A DNA stretch of 51,086 bases from Candidatus Adlerbacteria bacterium (GCA_003135635.1 PLCJ01000003.1:1-51086); one strand, 5' to 3'; counted from the first letter of the stretch, positions 27,075 to 37,789 are shown. A program made the numbers and translations. Notes: generated by a model from the sequence alone, not told the origin.

Positions 27075-28361
27075 ATGCAAGACATGATTCCGCCTCAGGA
27101 TCGCTCCATTCGAAACATCCCTATAACCTTCAACGCTCGTCGCGGTCCTTCTTCTCGCGATGAGGCTCAGCAGACGCCACCACCGCGTCCCAGGCGCCCC
27201 TCTCATCATTCATCTTCCTCCCACGGGATCTGGCTTTGGGGCGGAGGCATTATTATCATCTGCGCTGTTCTCGGTATTCTTCTCTCCACTCTTTTTGTGG
27301 GGACAACAATAACGCTCTACCCCCGTACTGATACCGTTACGCCGGGCCCGATCACCGCAGCGCCGGGTGTTGGCGCAGGGGGACTGGCGTATCAAACGAT
27401 TTCTTTGACGCGTGTGGCAAGCACAACCGTAACTGCTTCTGGTAGCCAGCATATTTCCAATCCGGCGATGGGAGTTATAACAATTTACAATGCCTATAGC
27501 TCTGCAAGCCAGATATTAGTCGCCACGACACGCTTTGCAGCTCCAGACGGTAAGATATACCGCATTCACAGTGCCGTGACCGTTCCGGGGGCAACACAAA
27601 ACAATTCTGGGACACTACAGCCTGGTTCTGTTATCGCGACGGTATATGCAGATCAACCAGGGGCAGCATATAATCGTAGTGATCCAACAACGTTTACTAT
27701 TCCTGGATTTATGGGTGATCCGCGCTACAACAAGTTTTACGCACAATCTACTAATCCGATTTCTGGAGGATTTGTCGGAAATGAACCAGCAGTGGCGAAA
27801 GCAGATCTCACACAAGCTGAAACTGCGCTCAAGCAATCTCTTAATACCGACATTAGTGTAGCGATTACCGATAGCATCCCGAGCGGTTTTATTATAATTC
27901 CCGGTACCCTTGAAGCTTCCTACAGTGATATCTCCCAAACACCCACCTCAAGCAGCAGCACCGTAGCGCTCTCTCAAAATGCAACCGGTCGCGCGGTGAT
28001 GGTGAAAGAAACAGATCTAGCGGCAGCGGTTGCAGCTCAAAGCGTTTCGGGCTATAGCGGTGAAGCAGTTGCATTTGCCAACCCCAATGCAATCTCCGTT
28101 GCTCTCTCCTCCGGAAGCGCCACAAGCAGTGTACTGGGGCCCCTCAGTATCCAAGTATCGGGGCCCCTCACGCTCCAGTGGCAGCTTGACCAGGGAGCGA
28201 TAAAGCAAGCGCTTCTGGGCAAGCCAAAAGCCTCTTTTCAAACTATCATTCAGGCATTTGAGCCAGCGGTTCAGCGTGCAGAAGCAAAAGTACGACCGTT
28301 TTGGGAATCAACTTTCCCCACAGACCCCAATAGGATTACGGTGGTGATCGCGACCCAGTAA
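27075..28361 (+). CDS. Single-pass membrane protein with large extracytoplasmic beta domain (baseplate J-like)
   Basis: Disordered basic N-terminus, one TM helix, then GVITIYN..LVATTRF..DGKIYR..VTVPG..VYADQPG..FTIPGF, recalled from CPR proteins labelled baseplate J/gp47-like (unverified). Confidence 0.55.
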   Translation: MQDMIPPQDRSIRNIPITFNARRGPSSRDEAQQTPPPRPRRPSHHSSSSHGIWLWGGGIIIICAVLGILLSTLFVGTTITLYPRTDTVTPGPITAAPGVGAGGLAYQTISLTRVASTTVTASGSQHISNPAMGVITIYNAYSSASQILVATTRFAAPDGKIYRIHSAVTVPGATQNNSGTLQPGSVIATVYADQPGAAYNRSDPTTFTIPGFMGDPRYNKFYAQSTNPISGGFVGNEPAVAKADLTQAETALKQSLNTDISVAITDSIPSGFIIIPGTLEASYSDISQTPTSSSSTVALSQNATGRAVMVKETDLAAAVAAQSVSGYSGEAVAFANPNAISVALSSGSATSSVLGPLSIQVSGPLTLQWQLDQGAIKQALLGKPKASFQTIIQAFEPAVQRAEAKVRPFWESTFPTDPNRITVVIATQ

Positions 28362-28367
28362 AAATTA

Positions 28368-28396
28368 TTGACAGACAATAGTAGATACCGTAAGAT
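28368..28396 (+). promoter_or_regulatory. Sigma-70 promoter of the infA-alpha operon, TTGACA-17-TAAGAT
   Basis: TTGACA 28368-73, TAAGAT 28391-96. Confidence 0.85.
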
Positions 28397-28413
28397 ACGA
28401 TACGTCGCCTGCA

Positions 28414-28626
28414 ATGGAGAAAGAAGCATCTGAGGTACAGGGTATCGTGGAAGAAGCTTTACCTAACACCTTATTTCGTGTGTCCTTGGAAGAAACAAAA
28501 GAAGTAGTGCTTGCATATTTGGCGGGTAAAATGAGACTGCATCGCATCAAAGTCCTGGTCGGAGACCGGGTGGTGATGCAGCTTGAACCGTATGGAGGCA
28601 AAGCACGCATTGTGAGGCGGTTGTAA
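28414..28626 (+). CDS. infA: Translation initiation factor IF-1
   Basis: GIVEEALPNTLFRV..LAYLAGKMR..IKVLVGDRV. Confidence 0.97.
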   Translation: MEKEASEVQGIVEEALPNTLFRVSLEETKEVVLAYLAGKMRLHRIKVLVGDRVVMQLEPYGGKARIVRRL

Positions 28627-28632
28627 TTCTCA

Positions 28633-28746
28633 ATGAAAGTAAAAACATCCTTAAAAGCGCGTTGCGCGAACTGTAGAATTACTCGCCGAGGAGGGCGAGT
28701 GCGTGTTCTTTGCAGCAACCCGCGCCATAAGCAGCGTCAGGGATAA
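28633..28746 (+). CDS. rpmJ: 50S ribosomal protein L36 (absent from the ORF track)
   Basis: Translates to [37 protein letters not shown], with CxxC..C..H zinc ligands. Confidence 0.97.
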   Translation: MKVKTSLKARCANCRITRRGGRVRVLCSNPRHKQRQG

Positions 28747-28758
28747 CAAATAATTGCT

Positions 28759-29139
28759 ATGCGTATTTCAGGCATTACTATTCCTGACAACAAACGTCTT
28801 GTCTTTGCGCTCACCGCGCTTTATGGTATTGGACTGCCACGCGCGAAAGTAATTTGTGCACAGGGGAAGCTCGACCCCATGCGTAAGACCAAAGAGCTCT
28901 CCGTAGAGGAGGAAAGCAAAATTCGCACCATTATCGATACGCTAAAGCTCGAGGGAGATTTAAAGCGGGAGGTCGCAGGTAATATAAAACGACTCAAAGA
29001 TATTCAGTCCTACCGTGGCTCGCGTCATACACGCCACTTGCCCTCACGCGGACAGCGCACCAAGACTAATTCCCGTACCGTGCGAGGCAATGTCCGCAAA
29101 ACAATGGGTTCAGGTCGCCGAAAGACTGAAAAAACATAA
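28759..29139 (+). CDS. rpsM: 30S ribosomal protein S13
   Basis: ALTALYGIG..SYRGSRHTRHLPSRGQRTKTNSRT. Confidence 0.97.
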   Translation: MRISGITIPDNKRLVFALTALYGIGLPRAKVICAQGKLDPMRKTKELSVEEESKIRTIIDTLKLEGDLKREVAGNIKRLKDIQSYRGSRHTRHLPSRGQRTKTNSRTVRGNVRKTMGSGRRKTEKT

Positions 29140-29166
29140 AGATTCTCTATAACCACTGATACACCT

Positions 29167-29595
29167 ATGGGTAAGAAACGAATAGTTAAAAAAGGAGGAG
29201 ATACAGAGAGCACAAAACGTGGGTCTCCTGCACGTGCTCCACGCCGAAAGATGGAGAGCGGGGTACTCCACGTTGAATCAACCTACAACAACACCAAAGT
29301 GCACCTTGCCGACAACATGGGTAACGTCGTCGTCTGGTCTTCAAGTGGAAGCCTCGGTTTTTCGGGAGCGAAAAAAGGTACGCCGTTTGCCGCTGCAAAA
29401 GTGGGAGAGTTTATAGGGGAGCGCGCCAATGCCATGGGTGTCAAAGAGGTCTCTGTTATCGTGACCGGAGTTGGTGCAGGACGAGAATCTTCCATCCGTG
29501 CTTTTGCGACCAAGGGTATTGTTATCGGCTCCATCAAGGACACCACCCCGGTGCCCCACAACGGTCCGCGACCGCGTAAGGCGCGTCGTGTATAA
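29167..29595 (+). CDS. rpsK: 30S ribosomal protein S11
   Basis: STYNNT..GFSGAKKGTPFAA..DTTPVPHNGPRP. Confidence 0.97.
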   Translation: MGKKRIVKKGGDTESTKRGSPARAPRRKMESGVLHVESTYNNTKVHLADNMGNVVVWSSSGSLGFSGAKKGTPFAAAKVGEFIGERANAMGVKEVSVIVTGVGAGRESSIRAFATKGIVIGSIKDTTPVPHNGPRPRKARRV

Positions 29596-29608
29596 CTCAT
29601 AACTATTT

Positions 29609-30211
29609 ATGCTTGTAGGACCAAAATATAAAATATGTAAACGCCTCGGTGCTTCGGTGTTTGAAAAATGTCAGACACAAAAATTCCAGCTTGCCGAAGC
29701 GCGCGCACCACGCCGAGCACGGCGTGGGGGAAGTGATTACGGATTACAATTGCTTGAAAAGCAAAAAGCACGCTTTACCTACGGAATTTCTGAAAGTCAG
29801 TTTAGCCGCTACGTGCATGAAGCAATGGAAAAAAAAGGTGCCGATACAAAACGGACACTTCTTTGGCGTCTTGAGGCTCGACTTGATAACGTGGTGTACC
29901 GCGCAGGATTTGTAAAAACACGCCGCGCAGCCAGGCAGATCGTTTCCCATGGCCATGTGATGGTAAATGGCCGCCGCGTGACTATTCCTTCTTATTGCGT
30001 TGCTGAAGGTGATAGTATTTCCATTCGTCCCGAAAGTCGCACCAGCCCCTTGTTTGCCGCTCGAAGCGAACAGGCCCAAGAGCACAAAGCACCAGGATGG
30101 ATGAGCGTGAGTGGAGAGGACTTTGTGGCTACGATTTCTGGAAGCCCCGATGTGGGGGAAACAGAGGCCCCTTTTGATGTGGCAAAGACAATACAGTTCT
30201 ATAGTCGATAG
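29609..30211 (+). CDS. rpsD: 30S ribosomal protein S4
   Basis: GPKYKICKRLG, SDYGLQLLEKQK, LEARLDNVVYRAGF..ARQIVSHGH. Confidence 0.97.
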   Translation: MLVGPKYKICKRLGASVFEKCQTQKFQLAEARAPRRARRGGSDYGLQLLEKQKARFTYGISESQFSRYVHEAMEKKGADTKRTLLWRLEARLDNVVYRAGFVKTRRAARQIVSHGHVMVNGRRVTIPSYCVAEGDSISIRPESRTSPLFAARSEQAQEHKAPGWMSVSGEDFVATISGSPDVGETEAPFDVAKTIQFYSR

Positions 30212-30249
30212 AAGTTTATTTATTAGCTAGAGTAAAAAACGATTGAGTT

Positions 30250-31212
30250 ATGATGGAATATTCTATAACGCTCCCCAGTAAGCCTCGCATTATATCCGAT
30301 GGAGAACATGAGGGTGTGTATGAAATAGATGGTCTGTATCCAGGCTATGGGCACACTCTGGGCAATAGTCTTCGTCGCATTATCCTCTCTTCGCTTCCGG
30401 GATCTGCTATCACGAGTGCCAAAATCGAAGGGGTTGAGCATGAATTTTCAACTATTTCAGGAGTTCGTGAGGACGTCGTCACCATACTCCTTAACCTCAA
30501 GAAACTTCGCTTTGAGATAGTAAGCGGAGATGCGCAAACGGTCACTCTTTCAGTGAAGGGGCCCAAAAAAATCTCTGGCAGCGATCTTACGGTTCCGGGT
30601 CAGGTACGACTTCTTAATCCCAATTCCTATATCTGCGAGATAACCGAGAAGGGTACTTTTAATGCTGAATTTCGCGTTGAGCGGGGTCTCGGCTATGTCT
30701 CTCGTGAGATGCTTAAAAAAGAGCGCGTCGATGTGGGGGAGATTTCTCTTGATGCCATTTTTTCTCCGATTCGCCGGGTAAACTACGAAGTGGAAAATAT
30801 GCGTGTCGGAGATCGCACTGATTTTAATCGTCTCCGTATCTCCATTGAAACAGACGGGACCTTGACGCCACACATGGCACTTGAGCAAGCAATAGAGATC
30901 ATGATCACCCAGCTCAAAGCCATCGTTGGGTTTCGCGAAGAAGAGCTTTCTGTAGAAGTCGCCGCTCAAGTTGTCAATGCTCCTGCCACTTTAAACGGCG
31001 ACCCAGCGACCGAGGCAATGAAAACGCGTATTGAAGATCTTGATCTCTCTGCGCGCACTACCAGCGCTCTTGAAAAAGCAAACATCCGCACGGTAAGTGG
31101 CCTAGCTCGCAAACGAGAACAGGACCTCATGGAAATAGAGGGGCTCGGTCCCAAAGCCATCCAAGACATTAAACGGGCACTGGCCAATTTCGGCATCATG
31201 CTCAAGGAATAA
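30250..31212 (+). CDS. rpoA: RNA polymerase alpha subunit
   Basis: GYGHTLGNSLRRIILSSLPG, DAIFSPIRRVNY, and an alpha-CTD IEDLDLSART. Confidence 0.97.
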   Translation: MMEYSITLPSKPRIISDGEHEGVYEIDGLYPGYGHTLGNSLRRIILSSLPGSAITSAKIEGVEHEFSTISGVREDVVTILLNLKKLRFEIVSGDAQTVTLSVKGPKKISGSDLTVPGQVRLLNPNSYICEITEKGTFNAEFRVERGLGYVSREMLKKERVDVGEISLDAIFSPIRRVNYEVENMRVGDRTDFNRLRISIETDGTLTPHMALEQAIEIMITQLKAIVGFREEELSVEVAAQVVNAPATLNGDPATEAMKTRIEDLDLSARTTSALEKANIRTVSGLARKREQDLMEIEGLGPKAIQDIKRALANFGIMLKE

Positions 31213-31214
31213 TC

Positions 31215-31562
31215 ATGCGCCATCATAACACCAACAGAAAATTTGGTCGTACCTCAGGACAACGCCGGGCACTTTTGCGCTCCTTGGCTCGTTCGTTGGT
31301 ACTACGGGGTCGTATCACTACCACCCAGGCACGTGCCAAGGAAGTGCGACCGTTTATAGAAAAGATGCTCACCCGCGCCAAGAAAGATACGCAAGCAAAT
31401 CGCCGGATTCTTATTGCATCCTTGGGTGATAACACCGTGGCCGTGAAGCTTATAAAAACAGCAGAAAACTATACCACCAGAGCTGGCGGCTATGTGCGTA
31501 TTGTAAAAACTGGTCCTCGCAAAGGGGACGCCAGTCCCATGGCGCTTATTGAGTTTGTATAA
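31215..31562 (+). CDS. rplQ: 50S ribosomal protein L17
   Basis: MRHHN..KFGR..RRALLRSL..ITTTQARAKE..RKGDASPMALIE. Confidence 0.97.
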   Translation: MRHHNTNRKFGRTSGQRRALLRSLARSLVLRGRITTTQARAKEVRPFIEKMLTRAKKDTQANRRILIASLGDNTVAVKLIKTAENYTTRAGGYVRIVKTGPRKGDASPMALIEFV

Positions 31563-31569
31563 CCCCTGT

Positions 31570-31914
31570 ATGACTATCACGATTGATGCACAAGAAAAAA
31601 CACTCGGGCGCGTTGCTTCTGCTGCTGCCAAAGCACTTTTGGGTAAACATAGTGCTGATTTTGCAAAGCATGTCGTTGCACCAGTTGAAGTGAAAGTTAT
31701 TCATGCCTCAAAAATTCGTCTCACCGGTACCAAGGAGAAAACGAAACAATACATCCGCTACTCCGGTTACCCGGGCGGTCAAAAAAAAGAGAGCTATCCG
31801 CAACTCACAGCGCGCAGAGGCCACTCCGAGGCGATACGCCGCGCGGTCCTTGGCATGCTTCCCAAAAACCGCTTACAGATGCGCCGCATCAAGCTCCTTA
31901 CTATTGAGAACTAG
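31570..31914 (+). CDS. rplM: 50S ribosomal protein L13
   Basis: IDAQEKTLGRVAS..RYSGYPGG..AVLGMLPKN. Start set at ATG 31570. Confidence 0.95.
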   Translation: MTITIDAQEKTLGRVASAAAKALLGKHSADFAKHVVAPVEVKVIHASKIRLTGTKEKTKQYIRYSGYPGGQKKESYPQLTARRGHSEAIRRAVLGMLPKNRLQMRRIKLLTIEN

Positions 31915-31917
31915 CAT

Positions 31918-32328
31918 ATGGCAACTAAGACAACAGCCTCAAGATATATCGAGACCGTAGGTCGGAGAAAAACCGCCGTGGCGCGTGCGCGACTGACACC
32001 AAGCAGTAGAACCTCAGTCATCATCAATAACAAAGATATAAATACTTATTTTGCCACTGAGCCCTTGCGCATCACGGCTCTTGAGCCATTTCTGAAAGTT
32101 ACCTTGCCGTCGCCCTATAGCGTCACTATAGTGGTGCGCGGTGGAGGCATTGCAGGCCAGGCGGTGGCGGTGCGCCATGCAATTTCTCGGGCGCTCAACG
32201 AGTATGACCCCGCACTGCGTAATATTCTTAAAAAAGAAGGATTTTTAAAACGTGATCCGCGGGCTAAAGAGCGCCGCAAGGCAGGATTTGTAAAAGCACG
32301 CAAGCGCAAACAGTGGAGTAAGCGATAA
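31918..32328 (+). CDS. rpsI: 30S ribosomal protein S9
   Basis: GRRKTAVAR..GGGIAGQAVAVRHAISRAL..KARKRKQWSKR. Confidence 0.97.
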   Translation: MATKTTASRYIETVGRRKTAVARARLTPSSRTSVIINNKDINTYFATEPLRITALEPFLKVTLPSPYSVTIVVRGGGIAGQAVAVRHAISRALNEYDPALRNILKKEGFLKRDPRAKERRKAGFVKARKRKQWSKR

Positions 32329-32377
32329 GATATTTTTTCTTGACCCGGTCTAGTTTTACACTAAAATGACGGTATCT

Positions 32378-32917
32378 ATGAGTGCATCTCAAGAGGAGGA
32401 AGAGATAATTTCAGATGATGAGTCGGAAAACCCACAATTGGCCCTCAAGCGCCTACGAGAGAAGCTTGATCGGGCAGTACAAGAGAAACAAGAATATTTG
32501 GCGAGTTGGCAGCGCGAGCGAGCAGACTTTGCCAATTATAAACGGGAGGAGGAAAAGCGGCGGCATGACCATGACCTCAAGCTAAAAATGCAGTTTGCAG
32601 AAAGTCTCATACCCACGCTTGATTCCTTTGAGATGGCTCTGAAGGATAAAACCTTTCAAGAGAGCGATGTGCAGTGGAAAAAAGGGATGGAAGCGGTGTA
32701 TGCGGGACTGCAAAAATCTCTCGAGCGCATTGGCGTTACCCGGTACTGGCCGTCAGAGGAAAAATTTAACCCACATACCCACGAAGCACTACGCGAAGTG
32801 GTAACCCACGAGGAAAAACAGAATCATTTTATTGACGAAGTTGAGCGAGCGGGGTATAGTATTGGGGACAGAATCATTCGTCCGGCACAGGTTTCAGTTT
32901 ATACATATAAGAAATAA
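32378..32917 (+). CDS. grpE: Nucleotide exchange factor GrpE
   Basis: [38 protein letters not shown]. The start is 32366 or 32378; TACACT at 32357-62 favours 32378. Confidence 0.94.
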   Translation: MSASQEEEEIISDDESENPQLALKRLREKLDRAVQEKQEYLASWQRERADFANYKREEEKRRHDHDLKLKMQFAESLIPTLDSFEMALKDKTFQESDVQWKKGMEAVYAGLQKSLERIGVTRYWPSEEKFNPHTHEALREVVTHEEKQNHFIDEVERAGYSIGDRIIRPAQVSVYTYKK

Positions 32918-32921
32918 CATT

Positions 32922-34802
32922 ATGGCAAAAATTCTTGGTATTGATTTAGGCACCACCAACTCCGCAATGGCAATCATGCGCGGTGGAGAGCCAGAAATCC
33001 TTGAAAACGCTGAGGGAGCGCGCACAATGCCTTCAGTAGTGGCGGTTTCTAAAACCAATGAGCGGTTAACTGGTCTTATTGCGCGCCGGCAAGCAGTAAC
33101 AAACCCCAAAAATACCATTTACCAGATCAAGCGCTTTATCGGGCACACGTTTGACGAACCTGCGGTACAAAAAGACCGTGCAGCGGTCCCCTATGAAATG
33201 CGGAAATCTCAAAATGGCGGCATCGAGGTCAAAATGGGTGACAGTTGGTACCGACCGGAGGAAATCTCGGCGATGATTCTACAAAAACTTAAAACCGACG
33301 CTGAGAAGCGTTTAGGAGAGACTATCACTGAGGCAGTTATTACCGTTCCTGCATATTTCAACGACGCACAACGGGCAGCTACGCGCGATGCAGGTAAAAT
33401 TGCTGGGCTTGAGGTAAAGCGCATCATCAATGAGCCGACCGCGGCAGCGCTTGCGTATGGGTTTAATAAGAAGAAAAACGAAAAGATTGCGGTATTTGAC
33501 TTCGGTGGTGGTACTTTTGATATCTCCGTGCTTGAAGTCGGCACCAGTGATGAGGGCGAGGGTTCCATTGAAGTAAAATCAACCGATGGTGATGCACACC
33601 TTGGAGGAAAAGATATAGACCAGAAAATAATTGATTGGCTGGCAACGGAATTCCAAAAAGAAAGTGGTATTGATGTTCGCAAAGACCCGCTTGCCCGGCA
33701 GCGTCTTGACGAAGGAGCTGAGAAAGCAAAAATAGAGCTCTCAACAGCGCTTGAAACCGAAGTCAATATCCCCTTTATTACTTCAGATAGCTCAGGGCCC
33801 CGACACCTGCTCATTAAAATGACCCGCGCCAAGCTTGAAGAGCTCTCGCGTGAATTTGTAGATAGCGCGCTTGCGATAACCAAACGAGCTATGGAAGCCT
33901 CCCCGTTTAAAGTTGGAGATATCAATGAAATTATTCTGGTAGGGGGCCAGACACGTATGCCAGCTATCCAGGCTGCGGTTGAGAAATTCTTCGGTAAGAA
34001 ACCCAATATGAGTGTCAATCCCGATGAAGTGGTAGCTATTGGTGCTGCCATTCAAGGCGGCATTCTGGGGGGAGAAGTGCGCGATGTACTCCTGTTGGAC
34101 GTTATTCCGCTGAGCCTCGGGATTGAGACCATGGGAGGTGTTGTATCGAAACTCGTTGAGCGCAATACCACCATTCCTACGAATCGCTCACAAGTCTATT
34201 CAACCGCTGCAGATAACCAAACGAGCGTAGAGATTCATATCGTACAAGGGGAGCGCGCTATGGCTTCCGATAACAAATCCCTTGGGCGCTTTGTGCTTGA
34301 CGGCATACCACCCGCCCCGAGAGGTCTTCCTCAAATCGAAGTAAGCTTTGATGTTGATGCAAACGGCATCCTTTCGGTCAAAGCAAAAGACAAAGCCACG
34401 AATAAAGAACAAAGTATTCGCATAGAAGCATCCTCTGGTCTTTCAGATAAAGATATTGAGCGCATGCGCTCTGAGGCGGAAGCAAATGCTGAGGCTGATA
34501 AGAAAAAAGTTGAGCTGGTTGAGGTTCGAAACGCTGCAGATCAGGCGATTTACGCAGCAAACAAAGCTGTCGCTGATAATGCAGGCAAGATTCCAGCGGA
34601 ACTGGAAGCCACGATAAAAGAGAAGGTGGGTGCGCTTGAGCCCATAAAGCACTCCGACGACGCTACTGCTATCAAAGGAGCAACGGAAGAACTTATGAAA
34701 GAAATGTCCAAACTGTATGAGGCAGTGCAAAAAGCAGGCACCGAACAAACCCCTCCACCTTCCCCAGAAGCGGAGCAACAAGGCGAAGAGAAAACTCAGT
34801 AA
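32922..34802 (+). CDS. dnaK: Chaperone DnaK
   Basis: [44 protein letters not shown]. Start set at ATG 32922. Confidence 0.98.
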   Translation: MAKILGIDLGTTNSAMAIMRGGEPEILENAEGARTMPSVVAVSKTNERLTGLIARRQAVTNPKNTIYQIKRFIGHTFDEPAVQKDRAAVPYEMRKSQNGGIEVKMGDSWYRPEEISAMILQKLKTDAEKRLGETITEAVITVPAYFNDAQRAATRDAGKIAGLEVKRIINEPTAAALAYGFNKKKNEKIAVFDFGGGTFDISVLEVGTSDEGEGSIEVKSTDGDAHLGGKDIDQKIIDWLATEFQKESGIDVRKDPLARQRLDEGAEKAKIELSTALETEVNIPFITSDSSGPRHLLIKMTRAKLEELSREFVDSALAITKRAMEASPFKVGDINEIILVGGQTRMPAIQAAVEKFFGKKPNMSVNPDEVVAIGAAIQGGILGGEVRDVLLLDVIPLSLGIETMGGVVSKLVERNTTIPTNRSQVYSTAADNQTSVEIHIVQGERAMASDNKSLGRFVLDGIPPAPRGLPQIEVSFDVDANGILSVKAKDKATNKEQSIRIEASSGLSDKDIERMRSEAEANAEADKKKVELVEVRNAADQAIYAANKAVADNAGKIPAELEATIKEKVGALEPIKHSDDATAIKGATEELMKEMSKLYEAVQKAGTEQTPPPSPEAEQQGEEKTQ

Positions 34803-34825
34803 CCCCGCCGTGATAGAGTGACCAA

Positions 34826-36688
34826 ATGAAAGTAACGCCTGACAAGCTGGCGAGCGCGAGCTCCGTTTTTGGTGTGTATTTTACCTATACCCGCCGCCAT
34901 CTATCGCTTCTAGTATTGGCGCTTGTGGGGAGCATCGTCGTGCAAGTGGGAAGTCTTATAGCGCCCCTGTACTTGCGGCAGCTCTTTAACTTGTTGGCGA
35001 CCGGTAACCACAGCGCCGCGATCGTACACATGCTGCTTGTCGTACTCGGGTTTATTGCACTGTGGTGGGTTATAGAGTGGGCTGCTGGACGGGTGCAACA
35101 GATAAGCACAACGTTTTTGGAGTCTCGGGTGATGTTTGAGCTTTTCTCCCATGCCTTTCAATACCTCATTGCGCATTCGTACGATTTTTTTATATCGCAT
35201 TTTGCAGGGTCACTCACCCACAAGGTAAACCGCTTTGGGCGTGCATATGAGACGCTCCTTGATAGCATCACGACAGTGTTTTTGCCGACGCTCTTTTTTG
35301 TATCCGGCGCTGTCTTCATATTATTTCTGCGCAACCACGTCATCGGTATAGCTCTTGGCCTCTGGGCGATCGGCTTTATCGCACTTCAGCTCTATGTTGC
35401 CCGGATTCGTCGGCCGATACGAGAGGCTCGCTCACAGGCAGACACGAAAGTAACCGGAACGCTCGCCGATGCCATTTCAAATCAAGTGACTATACTTCTC
35501 TTTGCGGGAGGCAGGCACGAGCACAATCTCTTTACCAATACTGTAGAGACTTGGCGGCAAGCAACACTGCGCTCGTGGCTTGCCGACATTTGGACCTGGA
35601 CTGCAGTTGGGATTTTTATACTAGGAATAGAAATAGGCCTTATCTATTGGGCGATTATTTCTTGGCAGCAGGGGCTTCTTACCATTGGAGATTTTGTACT
35701 TATTCAAACGTATTTGCTCACCACGTTTGATCGCCTCACGAGCATCGATCGCGAGCTCAGACGTTTTTATGATGCATATACCGATGCCAGCGAGATGACC
35801 ACGATACTGGAAACCCCGCACGCAGTACCTGACGTTCCGGGGGCAGAAATGCTCAAAGTACGAGAGGGCTCGGTGGTATTTGACCATGTTAGTTTTTATT
35901 TTCATGAAGATCAACCGATTCTTTCTGATTTTAATTTATCGGTACGAGCCGGGGAGAAAATTGCTCTTGTCGGACCCTCTGGCGCAGGAAAAACAACGAT
36001 TACGAAGTTACTGTTGCGTCTGTACGATATAAATACAGGAGCAATTTTTATAGATGGCCAAAATATTGCCTCAGTGACTCAGAATAGTCTTCGCAGCACG
36101 ATTGCATTTGTTCCTCAGGAACCTATACTCTTTCATCGCTCGCTCATGGAAAACATCCGCTATGGACGCCTGGAGGCAAGCGATGAAGAGATAATTGCTG
36201 CTGCAAAAAAAGCCCGCTGCCATGACTTTATTATGGCGCTTCCCCAGCAATACGAAACGCTGGTAGGGGAGCGTGGCATCAAACTTTCAGGAGGGGAGCG
36301 GCAGCGAGTCGCTATTGCCCGCGCGATTCTCAAAAACGCCCCGATTCTTCTACTTGATGAGGCGACGTCGAGCCTCGATTCGGAGTCCGAGATGCTTATT
36401 CAAGCTGCGCTTGAAGTGTTAATGATGGGCAAGACGGTCATGGTGATTGCCCATCGGCTATCAACTATTATGAAAATGGATAGGATTGTGGTGCTACAGC
36501 ATGGGACGATCGTAGCGCAGGGAGATCATAAAACGCTTCTCACTCAAGATGGTTTGTATCAAAAACTCTGGAGTATTCAGGCAGGTGGATTCCTTCTTGA
36601 TGAAGAAGATGCAATCTCTGAGAAGGCGTCACTGCCAGAGAATGACGAGAAGGGCGATGAGCTTGCAGAGCACTTAGAAAAGCTGTAA
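34826..36688 (+). CDS. ABC transporter, fused permease/ATP-binding (type IV exporter)
   Basis: Six TM helices, Walker A GPSGAGKT, signature LSGGERQ, Walker B LLLDEATS, and the H-loop. TGaTAGAGT lies 6 nt upstream. Confidence 0.95.
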   Translation: MKVTPDKLASASSVFGVYFTYTRRHLSLLVLALVGSIVVQVGSLIAPLYLRQLFNLLATGNHSAAIVHMLLVVLGFIALWWVIEWAAGRVQQISTTFLESRVMFELFSHAFQYLIAHSYDFFISHFAGSLTHKVNRFGRAYETLLDSITTVFLPTLFFVSGAVFILFLRNHVIGIALGLWAIGFIALQLYVARIRRPIREARSQADTKVTGTLADAISNQVTILLFAGGRHEHNLFTNTVETWRQATLRSWLADIWTWTAVGIFILGIEIGLIYWAIISWQQGLLTIGDFVLIQTYLLTTFDRLTSIDRELRRFYDAYTDASEMTTILETPHAVPDVPGAEMLKVREGSVVFDHVSFYFHEDQPILSDFNLSVRAGEKIALVGPSGAGKTTITKLLLRLYDINTGAIFIDGQNIASVTQNSLRSTIAFVPQEPILFHRSLMENIRYGRLEASDEEIIAAAKKARCHDFIMALPQQYETLVGERGIKLSGGERQRVAIARAILKNAPILLLDEATSSLDSESEMLIQAALEVLMMGKTVMVIAHRLSTIMKMDRIVVLQHGTIVAQGDHKTLLTQDGLYQKLWSIQAGGFLLDEEDAISEKASLPENDEKGDELAEHLEKL

Positions 36689-36706
36689 CGTAGCGATACC
36701 ACTATT

Positions 36707-37789
36707 ATGTCCACAAAACGAAATTTTTATGAAGTCCTAGGAGTGACGAAGACCGCCTCAAAAGACGAAATCAAAAAAGCGTTCCACAAACTCGCGCATA
36801 AATATCACCCTGATAAGAGCTCTGGTAATCCTGAGAAGTTCAAGGAAGCAAGCGAAGCATACTCTGTGCTTTCAGATGATAAAAAACGTTCTGAATATGA
36901 CTCCTATGGTCGGGTCTTTACTGATGGGGCACCAGGAGGCGGAGGGTTTAATGCCCAGAGTGCAAACTTTGATTTCTCGCAATTTCAAGATGCCTTTCAA
37001 GGTGGTTTTGGCTTTGATATGGGAGACGTCTTCGGCGACTTCTTTGGAGGAAGCTCTCGCGCTGCTCGTCGCGGCCGGGACATTTCTATAGATCTTGAGG
37101 TGTCATTTAAAGAATCAGTATTTGGTACAAGACGCCGGGTATTGCTTGCTAAAATCGCACAGTGCGAGACATGCCATGGCACTGGTGCTGCTCCAGGAAG
37201 CGCTATGGAAACCTGTAAACACTGCGGGGGCGCGGGTAAGGTACATGAGACCAATAATTCTATTTTCGGCTCAATAACAACCGTGCAGCCATGTCGGCAC
37301 TGTCACGGGACAGGAAAAATTCCTAAAGAACGTTGCCAGACCTGTCGAGGGGAAGGGGTATATCGTAAACAGGAGGAAGTAGAAGTGGTGGTACCGGTAG
37401 GCATTGAAGGTGGTGAAATGATTCGTTTGAGTGGGATGGGTGAAGCACTCTCTGGCGGTGCTCCGGGCGATTTATATGTAAAAATCCATGTAACCTCTGA
37501 TCCGCGGTTTAAAAAAGAAGGCGCGAATCTCGTTACTGATCTTTCTGTTAAGCTTTCCGATGCGCTTTTGGGTGCTGACTACAAAGTTGCAACCTTAGAT
37601 GGGGATGAGCCTCTCACTATTCCTCAAGGAATTTCGCATGGTGAACTAATTCGGATTAAGGGGCGCGGTGTGCCACAAGGAAGGGGGAAGCGCGGAGATT
37701 TATTTGTAAGAATTAAGATTACGCTACCACAAAAAATCTCTCGTTCAGCTAAAAATTTGATTGAAAAACTACGCGAAGAGGGAATCTAA
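36707..37789 (+). CDS. dnaJ: Chaperone DnaJ
   Basis: J-domain HPD, a G/F-rich region and four CxxCxGxG zinc repeats. Confidence 0.98.
   Translation: MSTKRNFYEVLGVTKTASKDEIKKAFHKLAHKYHPDKSSGNPEKFKEASEAYSVLSDDKKRSEYDSYGRVFTDGAPGGGGFNAQSANFDFSQFQDAFQGGFGFDMGDVFGDFFGGSSRAARRGRDISIDLEVSFKESVFGTRRRVLLAKIAQCETCHGTGAAPGSAMETCKHCGGAGKVHETNNSIFGSITTVQPCRHCHGTGKIPKERCQTCRGEGVYRKQEEVEVVVPVGIEGGEMIRLSGMGEALSGGAPGDLYVKIHVTSDPRFKKEGANLVTDLSVKLSDALLGADYKVATLDGDEPLTIPQGISHGELIRIKGRGVPQGRGKRGDLFVRIKITLPQKISRSAKNLIEKLREEGI

Noticed and set aside
27075-28361. Prophage suggested by the baseplate-J-like protein
   Set aside because: No other phage structural, packaging or integration genes are nearby, and the protein has a TM anchor in a core-gene neighbourhood.
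32329-32400. CIRCE operator upstream of grpE
   Set aside because: No TTAGCACTC-N9-GAGTGCTAA match. The similar words near 50470-50510 lie inside a coding region with the wrong spacing.
33209-34051. 280-aa ORF antisense to dnaK
   Set aside because: Long antisense frames opposite dnaK/hsp70 are a well-known codon-bias artefact; no independent promoter or motif was seen.
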